Positions 8,715 through 15,940 of a DNA stretch of 32,000 nt are shown piece by piece. The stretch spans positions 4,290,001 through 4,322,000 of the forward strand of contig NZ_CP042905.2 of NCBI RefSeq assembly GCF_008000775.2. Direction: 5' to 3'. The position numbers were made by a program, and so were the translations under genes. Within the stretch, counting starts at the first letter, position 1. Each line of letters starts with the position of its first letter. The notes under the pieces were generated by a model, which was not told where the DNA came from, made no database searches, and was given only the letters and a program-made list of their open reading frames with translations. The stretch comes from Promethearchaeum syntrophicum. Its GTDB lineage: Archaea; Asgardarchaeota; Lokiarchaeia; Sigyniarchaeales; Promethearchaeaceae.

Positions 8715-11700
8715 GTGAATACTATGACCGAAATGAAAGGATTGGCAGAAAACATTGAAAAAACTAAATCAATGGAGTTATCCCCAATTCTAGATGAGAA
8801 AAAAGAGGTCATAAAAGATTTTAAAAATAAGATCAAATTAGAAAAAATTATTTTAGAAGACTTCATCTCATTCGATTATAATGAAGTAATATTTCATCCT
8901 GAATTTACAATCATTACTGGTCCTAATGGTGTTGGCAAATCTTCAATATATCATGCTCTTAAATTTGTACTAGGTTCTAATGATTATGATGGACGATATA
9001 ATAAATGGTCTAATTTTATTAGAACAGGACAAAAATATGCAATTGTAACTCTTTACTTGCAATTCTCTGGAAAAAAATATTGTCTTAAAAGAACCGTTTT
9101 TAAGGATAAAGCCCCAAAATTTTCTTTTCAAGGTCCAGATGAAAAAGAATTTCACGATGTTTCAGCAAAAAAGATTCAAGAATTTGTAGATAAAATTGGT
9201 ATTGATCCTGACCATGTGTTCTCATTTATGTCTCAAGGTAAAATTGGATCTCTTAAAAATTTTAAAGATGAAGCCTTGTGCACATTTGTGGAAAAAGGAT
9301 TAGGACTTAATATTCTTAGAGAAAATATATTAAGTCAAAAAGAACGAATAATTTATTTAAAAAAGGAATTTTCTGTGTTAATTTCACAACGAGACAGTAT
9401 GAAATATCAACTAGTTGAATTAGAACCTAAATTAAAACGTTTAGAGAAAAAAAGATCTTTGCTAAGTAAATTAGAAGGGTTAGATAATGAGCTATTATGG
9501 GCACAAAAAGAAGATATTATAAAACAAATTGATGTATATCGCGATCAGATTCATTTTAAAGAAAATTCAATTAAAGATCTTGAATTAAATATCAGTACTC
9601 TTCAAGAAGAAGAAAACTCCATTGAAGAGAATTTGAAACAAGAAAAAGACGAATACAAGATTACAATTGATATTTTTGCACAAAAAAAAGCGCATCTTGA
9701 AATTTTAAAAAAAGAAATTAATAAATGGACCTCTGAAAAGAATCAAATTGCTGATAAAATCGAGAAAATATCTAAAGATATAGATAAATTACAGTTAGAT
9801 ATTAATAAACAAGGTTTTGAGCTTAAATCTTATCAAAAGAGCATGGATGATTTGAAAACCTTAACTGGAGAAGCAAAACTTTTATTAAAATCATATGAAG
9901 ATGAGGAACGCTCTTTAAATAAAAAATTCATTAAATATCGGGAAATATTGTTTGAATTTGATTCAAAAACACAAATAGTTTCAAATTTAGAAGACAATTT
10001 GAAAGAAATAGAAGAAAGTCATAACAAAAAGGAATCAGAAATCAATGAAAAAGCCAAGGAAATTCAAAAAATCGACCATGAATTGAAGGATTTCAAATGG
10101 TTTATGGAAAATCCAAAAAAAGATTTACAAATTAAAATGAAAGCTTTAGTAGAAAAATATCAAAAATCAATAAATATCTTCAATGACGATTTAGTACAAT
10201 TACAAATTCAATATAAAACATTAACAAGTGAGATAGAACGCGTTAAACAATCTGTTCATGATAAAAGCATGCCTAAACCAAAATCCATAATATCCATGAT
10301 GGATGAAATTAAACAGAGGAACATGCAAAGTATTGGTCCGTTGATTGATTATATAACTTTTGATCCTTTATATCAAATGGCGGTTGAATCAATCTTTGGT
10401 TCAAGAGTCTTATATAGTTTCATTGCTAAAAATCATGAAGAATTTGCCCTACTTAAAAATATGGCTCAAAGATATAATGCAAGATGTAATCTATATTTAG
10501 AAAAACAAAAAAACCTAACTCCTTTACCTTCATTGAATGATTCTCAAGAAATGGGAGTATTTGGGTATTTAGCAGAAATAATAAAACCTACAATCCCGGA
10601 ACCTGCAATTCAAAAAGTTATTCATTCCGTAGCAAGTATAACACTTGTTGTTAAGGATCATATTGCTGGAACTAACTACACTCAAAAATTTAAATCCAGA
10701 AATTGGATTGTAACCTTAGATGGAGAACAATTAAGACCGAAAAAATTTGTTTTAGAAGCGCGTCCTTATATTTCAAATAATAAACAAAAAATTACAAGTG
10801 TCTCTCAGGCAAAAATAATATTAAATGAATTAAACGAAAAATCTGAAAGAAATCGTCATAATTATAATAAGCGAAGTTCAGATCTACAAAACCTTAAAGA
10901 AAAACATAAGAAAGTATTGAAAGATTTAGCACAAATTGATGTCCTATTAGTAAAATATAAACAAAAGGAAATAACTACTAAGGTTAAAAACGCTCTAATA
11001 AATGAGAGAGAGAAAAATTATACTAAAATTCAAGAAAAAAAGAAAAAGATTGAAGTTATTAAAAAAGAGATCGAAATTTTGAAAGAAAAATTACCCGATG
11101 ATTCAATATTAAATCATGATCGACTAACTCAACTACCAAATTTAATAGTTACTCAAAAAAATAAGATAACAGAATATGAATCTAAAAAAGACATTAATAT
11201 TCAGCAAATAAATGATATAAAAATTAAGGAAAATCTTCTTTCAAATGAAATAAATGCAAAAACAAAAGAAAAACAAGAGATAATTTCGGATTTAACTTCT
11301 CAAGATAAACATTATTATGATCTCATTCAAGAAAATATCAAATTAACAGGTCAAATTAAAAACATTAAAAATGAAATTGAAGAGAGCAACACAAAAATCA
11401 CTTCCTTAGAATTGGAAGAAAAAAAGATTTCTGAAGAAAAAAATCAACTGTTAATTCGGAAGGCCACGTTGAAAAATTCGATCGATGATATTAAATCCTA
11501 CATTGAAGAGAAAGAGAAGAAAATTGAAAGAATTAGCAATATTTTAAAGGAGATCAAAGAAAAAGTTTACCCAAAGCGTCCAATCATCGAAATTCAAAAT
11601 GATATCGAAGAAATAAATAAAATCTTGAGATCTTATTTCGATGTAGATGAAAATATCATATTAGAAAAACAACGAATTGAGGATTCAATAAAAAAAATAT

Positions 11701-12266
11701 TAGAAAAGCAAGAAACATCAGATAAAGAGATAAAAGCAGCAAAAGAAGCAGAATTAAAAATTGAACAAAACTATCTTAACAAATTCGAAAAATCTGTAGA
11801 TATTTTAGAAGATCTCGTAAATAAAAAATTAAAATTTACCCAAACTGATTTTAATGTGAATTTAAATTTAGAAGGGGAAATTGAAGAATTTAAATTAACA
11901 ATTAAAGCCGTTTCAACAAAAAATCAAAAAAATGTTCGTCCTTTTACAGCTTTGAGTGGTGGGGAACAATCTATGGTTGGAATTAGTCTAATGTTATCAT
12001 TGCACTATTTTAATCCTTCTCCTTTCAATATCTACGATGAAATTGAAATGTTTTTGGACAACCTAAACGCAGAAATCATCGCAAAATTAATCTTCGAAAT
12101 TACAACAAGTGGAATTCAATGCATTTTAATAATGCCAGATTCTTCCATTTCAATATTATATTATGCAAATAAAGTCATTGGGATTAGTAAAAATGGAACC
12201 AATGGTTCATCAACTGTGCATTATGCCAAGGCGCGAAAAAATTCTAATTTCCAAACTCTTAATTAG
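8715..12266 (+). CDS. smc: SMC-family chromosome ATPase (hinge-containing) with divergent head motifs resembling SMC5/6
   Basis: 1183 aa.
- Walker A: FTIITGPNGVGKSS
- Q-loop: FMSQGKIGSL
- Long K/E/I-rich coiled coils
- SMC hinge: IGPLIDYITFDPLYQMAVESIFG ... IVTLDGEQLRP
- Signature motif: LSGGEQSMVGISLMLSL
- Walker B / D-loop: FNIYDEIEMFLD
There is no CxxC zinc hook. The start is GTG 8715 or ATG 8724. Confidence 0.85.
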   Translation: MNTMTEMKGLAENIEKTKSMELSPILDEKKEVIKDFKNKIKLEKIILEDFISFDYNEVIFHPEFTIITGPNGVGKSSIYHALKFVLGSNDYDGRYNKWSNFIRTGQKYAIVTLYLQFSGKKYCLKRTVFKDKAPKFSFQGPDEKEFHDVSAKKIQEFVDKIGIDPDHVFSFMSQGKIGSLKNFKDEALCTFVEKGLGLNILRENILSQKERIIYLKKEFSVLISQRDSMKYQLVELEPKLKRLEKKRSLLSKLEGLDNELLWAQKEDIIKQIDVYRDQIHFKENSIKDLELNISTLQEEENSIEENLKQEKDEYKITIDIFAQKKAHLEILKKEINKWTSEKNQIADKIEKISKDIDKLQLDINKQGFELKSYQKSMDDLKTLTGEAKLLLKSYEDEERSLNKKFIKYREILFEFDSKTQIVSNLEDNLKEIEESHNKKESEINEKAKEIQKIDHELKDFKWFMENPKKDLQIKMKALVEKYQKSINIFNDDLVQLQIQYKTLTSEIERVKQSVHDKSMPKPKSIISMMDEIKQRNMQSIGPLIDYITFDPLYQMAVESIFGSRVLYSFIAKNHEEFALLKNMAQRYNARCNLYLEKQKNLTPLPSLNDSQEMGVFGYLAEIIKPTIPEPAIQKVIHSVASITLVVKDHIAGTNYTQKFKSRNWIVTLDGEQLRPKKFVLEARPYISNNKQKITSVSQAKIILNELNEKSERNRHNYNKRSSDLQNLKEKHKKVLKDLAQIDVLLVKYKQKEITTKVKNALINEREKNYTKIQEKKKKIEVIKKEIEILKEKLPDDSILNHDRLTQLPNLIVTQKNKITEYESKKDINIQQINDIKIKENLLSNEINAKTKEKQEIISDLTSQDKHYYDLIQENIKLTGQIKNIKNEIEESNTKITSLELEEKKISEEKNQLLIRKATLKNSIDDIKSYIEEKEKKIERISNILKEIKEKVYPKRPIIEIQNDIEEINKILRSYFDVDENIILEKQRIEDSIKKILEKQETSDKEIKAAKEAELKIEQNYLNKFEKSVDILEDLVNKKLKFTQTDFNVNLNLEGEIEEFKLTIKAVSTKNQKNVRPFTALSGGEQSMVGISLMLSLHYFNPSPFNIYDEIEMFLDNLNAEIIAKLIFEITTSGIQCILIMPDSSISILYYANKVIGISKNGTNGSSTVHYAKARKNSNFQTLN

Positions 12267-12270
12267 GAGG
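12265..12270 (+). promoter_or_regulatory. Shine-Dalgarno-like AGGAGG, 6 nt upstream of the kleisin ATG
   Basis: AGGAGG overlaps the smc TAG stop (12264-12266), and the ATG is at 12277. This is consistent with translation of an internal operon gene. Confidence 0.5.
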
Positions 12271-12276
12271 ATTTAA

Positions 12277-12957
12277 ATGTCCAGACTTATTTCACTGCTA
12301 GAACGAATAAGTTTTTTGAAAAATCAAGTTCTAATGGGAAAAAAAACATTACTTGATGAAGATTTGGAATCTTTATTTATTGAATTTAAGGATTTAATTT
12401 CAGAATCTGAATTAGAGACCAGTATTCAGATTATGGATAATGGGACTATAATTCTCGAACAGAAGCTCGAAGAATTAAGGAATTTCATATCTAATATCTC
12501 TCAAAAAGATCAAATTCTTGAATATCTTAGAAATTCTTCCTCAGATGAGTCCTTTTCTCAAATCTTGAATAAAACGTGGCAATCCCCTTTATTGTTACCT
12601 AATTTTTCACTATCATTTTTAACGAAAAGCTTTGAACGGCTTGTGCTAAACAAAAAATCCACTAATTTAGAAATGTTTTTTAAAGAAAAACCAATTCTTG
12701 GAGTCCCTGACATAAAAGAACTCCCTGAAATTGATAAACCTTATAAAATAAAAATGCTTGGGTATCTAAATTTGATTCGACCATTATTACCTGCTACTTT
12801 AGAGGAACTTATTGATAGAAACCATTCTATTGATGTATATTATGAAAATTTCTCTTATATCCTCCATTTACTCCAACTCGGATTTTTATCGTTCACGAAA
12901 AAAACTCAACATTTTGATATTACAAATAAAAAAATAGAAGGCAAATTTGATGAATGA
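12277..12957 (+). CDS. scpA: ScpA-like kleisin (SMC partner)
   Basis: 226 aa, located immediately after smc. The C-terminal segment FSYILHLLQLGFLSFTKKTQHFDIT fits the kleisin C-terminal winged-helix pattern (FLAxLELxKxxxxxxxQxxxFxxI). The N-terminus is only weakly ScpA-like. Confidence 0.55.
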   Translation: MSRLISLLERISFLKNQVLMGKKTLLDEDLESLFIEFKDLISESELETSIQIMDNGTIILEQKLEELRNFISNISQKDQILEYLRNSSSDESFSQILNKTWQSPLLLPNFSLSFLTKSFERLVLNKKSTNLEMFFKEKPILGVPDIKELPEIDKPYKIKMLGYLNLIRPLLPATLEELIDRNHSIDVYYENFSYILHLLQLGFLSFTKKTQHFDITNKKIEGKFDE

Positions 12958-13507
12958 ATATACAATTTTACTGTATTTATTGACTCGAACAAAACAAGGA
13001 AATTCTAATGATAAATTTGAAATTATTGGGGCTTCAGAAGAAGAATTATGTGATAGTTTACATTTTACAGGGAAATTTACGAAAATCCAATTGCATGAAC
13101 TTATGGATCAATTTTCAAAATCTATTTCAATCTTTAATCTCCAACTAAAACAAAATCCGTTTAATTTTCGATGGTATTTAACCCAATCATCTGAAATTGA
13201 AGAGTTTTTCAGTTCAAATCCATTTAGTGGAAAACCAAGAATAGCCGCAACACTTTGTACGGTTCTTTCTTTATGTATGACAAATAATGGAAAAATAGAT
13301 ATCAATTCGGTTCGGAAAATAAGAAATAAGAAGGATATCAGAAAAGATTTGCAAGAATTGGAGAAATTAAACTTCATAAATATGGAAAAGAAAAGCAATC
13401 TAATATCTATTAATCCTTATTTGGGGTATTTTATGGATATCGAGGGTTTTTTGAATATACTTGAAAATGAAATAAGAAAAAAGAATATAGAAAATGTTGA
13501 TGAATAA
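12950..13507 (+). CDS. scpB: ScpB-like kite protein (tandem winged helix)
   Basis: The start overlaps the kleisin stop (gATGAATGA). The first winged helix is YTILLYLL...ASEEELCDSL. The second, AATLCTVLSLCMTNNGKIDINSVRKIRNKKDIRKDLQELEKLNFI, matches the ScpB pattern (S.AALE.LA.I.Y.QPIT...I..IRG......L..L....L). Confidence 0.6.
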   Translation: MNEYTILLYLLTRTKQGNSNDKFEIIGASEEELCDSLHFTGKFTKIQLHELMDQFSKSISIFNLQLKQNPFNFRWYLTQSSEIEEFFSSNPFSGKPRIAATLCTVLSLCMTNNGKIDINSVRKIRNKKDIRKDLQELEKLNFINMEKKSNLISINPYLGYFMDIEGFLNILENEIRKKNIENVDE

Positions 13508-13585
13508 ACGCAAAATTCAATTTTACATTCGAATATCATTAGAATATTATTTATCATTTTAAACGAGAAATATTGAGCATTTATT

Positions 13586-13933
13586 ATGGGAATGTTTTCT
13601 CGCAAAAAAAAAAAAGAATATACTCATTTTACAAAAAGGTTAACAAATTCAATATATATCAAACAGATAGCAATACATTCAAATAGTGATTTTACAACTT
13701 TAAAGCATAATTTATTAGACGGACATATTATGGTATGCGATTTAACCCCCCTCGTTAGAATTGCAAAAGGATTACATGGTTCAAAAGAAGGAAATAAACA
13801 TATATTACATAATCAACTCCAGCAAATTAAAAAATATTGCCTCCAGCATGGAGGAAATGTTACTAAATTAAAGGAAAGTATATTATTGATTACTCCAAAT
13901 ATAAATTTCAAACTGCAGAATTTTATTAAATAA
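13586..13933 (+). CDS. sepF: SepF-like cell-division protein (archaeal type)
   Basis: 115 aa. The N-terminal MGMFSRKKKK resembles the membrane-targeting sequence. The core IYIKQIAIHSNSDFTTLKHNLLDGHIMVCDLTPL...GGNVTKLKESILLITPNINF aligns with the haloarchaeal SepF layout (..V.I..I....D...IK..+..G.++I.D+T.....GDIV.....+++TP). Confidence 0.6.
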   Translation: MGMFSRKKKKEYTHFTKRLTNSIYIKQIAIHSNSDFTTLKHNLLDGHIMVCDLTPLVRIAKGLHGSKEGNKHILHNQLQQIKKYCLQHGGNVTKLKESILLITPNINFKLQNFIK

Positions 13934-13940
13934 TTTTTTT

Positions 13941-14372
13941 TTATTTTAAACTTTCAAATAATGATTTTAAATCGTTTTTTCCCAGATTTTCTAACACAAT
14001 TATTAGATCATTTAAATTTCTAAATTTATGATGCCACAAGGCTTCATCTACTGCTCTAATTAAGCCGGGTTCAAAGACTGCACAAAGATATTGTAAACCT
14101 TTTGTGGTAGCAAAGACTTTAGGTTCAATCCTTAAATTAGAATCACTGAAAGTATTTAATGTGTCATTATAAATTTTTCCCCTGACATCAAAATATCTTG
14201 TAGTTGAAATACTTGAATTTATAATCCCAATTCCTATTGATGCAGAATATTTACCTGAAAATCTTTCCTCTCTAACAATTATTGCCTCCACTCCATTCTC
14301 TGGTTCTTGATGTATAGTGCCCTTTTCTTTAATTATATCCTTGATCTGTTTAATTAATGGTTCAATTTTCAT
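13941..14372 (-). CDS. Hypothetical protein (143 aa)
   Basis: A clean ORF in a gene-sized slot, convergent with sepF. I recognise no motif. Confidence 0.55.
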   Translation of the reverse strand: MKIEPLIKQIKDIIKEKGTIHQEPENGVEAIIVREERFSGKYSASIGIGIINSSISTTRYFDVRGKIYNDTLNTFSDSNLRIEPKVFATTKGLQYLCAVFEPGLIRAVDEALWHHKFRNLNDLIIVLENLGKNDLKSLFESLK

Positions 14373-14529
14373 TTTTATTTTCTACATTTTTATCTATGAT
14401 CTAAGATTAGAAAAGGCTTTTGATATTCTATTAGAGAAAGCTATAAATATATTTTGTATACAAAATAGTAAATGAAAATAATTTTACCTTAAATAGAATA
14501 AAATTTCGTAAAAAAATTGTGAAAAAAAA

Positions 14530-14826
14530 ATGAAAGAACCTGAACCTGAAGAAGGAAGAGAATTTGGTAAAGTGAAATGGTTTAGCCCGAGAAGAGGATA
14601 CGGATTCATAATCAGAGATGACATCCCACCAGAGCAAGAAAATCATGAGATTTTCTGCCATTATTCGAGTATTGATATGGAAGGATTTAGAACGCTTTTA
14701 CCCGACTTGAGAGTGAGTTTTGAGATCGCTCCTGGAAAAAGAGAGGGAACTGTTGAAGCAAAGAATGTGAAAATTGCACCTCCGATATTCGCTAATGAAG
14801 AGAAAGAAAAAGAAAAATCTGAATAA
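14530..14826 (+). CDS. Cold-shock domain (CspA-like) nucleic-acid-binding protein
   Basis: GKVKWFSPRRGYGFI (RNP1-like), EIFCHYSSI (RNP2-like) and GFRTLLPDLRVSFEI...EAKNVKI match the family. There are short acidic N- and C-terminal tails. Confidence 0.85.
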   Translation: MKEPEPEEGREFGKVKWFSPRRGYGFIIRDDIPPEQENHEIFCHYSSIDMEGFRTLLPDLRVSFEIAPGKREGTVEAKNVKIAPPIFANEEKEKEKSE

Positions 14827-14827
14827 C

Positions 14828-15904
14828 CTACTTCTGCATCATGGCAATTATGGTGCTTACAAGCGGAAGTTCATACTGCAAGAAATTATGTCCTCCCGAA
14901 TTTAAAATCTCCCAATTATTATTTTCTGAGATTAATTTTGCGACATCTCTATTTTCTAAGAAACTTTCAAATGAAATAATTTTATCATTTTTTGCGTGAA
15001 CTAGAAATAGCTTCTTCGAAGTGAAATCAACCCAATCAGCATCATTATTAAAACTTCTTCTTAACTGAGCCAATTGTAATTTGGGTGAAAGTTCATAATT
15101 TACTTCATCTAAAGGATTCATCTTTACCCCAAAAAAAGTGTATCTGAGCCATAACCACCAATTTTTTTTGAATGTAATTGGGGATTGGGGAATATTATTT
15201 CTATAATTGGACATTGCAGATACAGCAATTATTTTTTCAACAGAATCATCAGCTAATCCTTGTTTTATAGAAGCGAGTGATCCAAGACTAATACCAACCA
15301 GATATATTGTCCGATCACCCAAAATGGAATCATTTTTCACATATTTAATTACATCCTTCAAATCACGGGTTATTTCAACAAATTGGCTTGTTTTTCCTGC
15401 TTTTCTTGATTTTCCGGATCCTCTACTATCAAAAGTTAACACGTCATAACCGGACAAGGCAATAGGGATAGTGATATGGCGTGTGTAAATACAATCATCT
15501 GAAAATCCATGACTAAATATTACAACAGGGGATTTTGGGGGGGTTCCATCCTTATGCAAGATTTCCCCGTATAAGGTGGGATTTTCATTAGAATTGCTTT
15601 CATCATTCCTATTAATGTCAAGATTTTGATCTTTTTTAGACCAGAGTATTGGGATTTGAACTGATTTTATTTTTATTTGTAAAGGTTCAACCCTATGCCA
15701 TCTAAATTGCCAGAAATCTCTCAACTCAAAATACAAAGCCCAACAGAGCCACGTAAAAGCAAATGTCATTACGGATAAATAGATGCATCTCCAGAAATCA
15801 TTGCCAAAAAGAACGAAATTAACATAATATATGTATGCGGCCAGAGAAAAATCAACAATAAATAAAAGAATATGTTTGGGGCGGATTATTATACTATTTT
15901 TCAA
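14828..15904 (-). CDS. Membrane-anchored alpha/beta-fold hydrolase
   Basis: 358 aa with two N-terminal TM helices. It has an oxyanion-type VVIFSHGFSDD, the nucleophile elbow GISLGS, and a C-terminal GGHNF (His of the triad). Confidence 0.8.
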   Translation of the reverse strand: MKNSIIIRPKHILLFIVDFSLAAYIYYVNFVLFGNDFWRCIYLSVMTFAFTWLCWALYFELRDFWQFRWHRVEPLQIKIKSVQIPILWSKKDQNLDINRNDESNSNENPTLYGEILHKDGTPPKSPVVIFSHGFSDDCIYTRHITIPIALSGYDVLTFDSRGSGKSRKAGKTSQFVEITRDLKDVIKYVKNDSILGDRTIYLVGISLGSLASIKQGLADDSVEKIIAVSAMSNYRNNIPQSPITFKKNWWLWLRYTFFGVKMNPLDEVNYELSPKLQLAQLRRSFNNDADWVDFTSKKLFLVHAKNDKIISFESFLENRDVAKLISENNNWEILNSGGHNFLQYELPLVSTIIAMMQK

Positions 15905-15940
15905 CTAAATTCTCCTTGTTTTCATTTGGTCATATGGTTT

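Noticed and set aside
8715-12266. The 1183-aa coiled-coil ATPase as Rad50, or as the JetC subunit of a Wadjet defence system
   Set aside because: It has no central CxxC zinc hook and no adjacent Mre11, so Rad50 does not fit. There is no JetD/Toprim nuclease gene, and the gene order (SMC, kleisin, kite) together with the SMC-type hinge fit a condensin-like complex rather than jetABCD.
13108-13605. Antisense ORFs 13108-13398 (-) and 13417-13605 (-) across scpB and the sepF upstream region
   Set aside because: They are F/I/L/K/S-rich translations typical of the antisense strand of AT-rich coding DNA. They conflict with better-supported plus-strand genes.
13941-14372. The 143-aa protein as an Asgard profilin or a roadblock/LC7 (MglB-like) protein, given the GTPase and cytoskeleton theme
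   Set aside because: The length is suggestive, but I could not align it to either the profilin or the roadblock sequence pattern. It is left as hypothetical.
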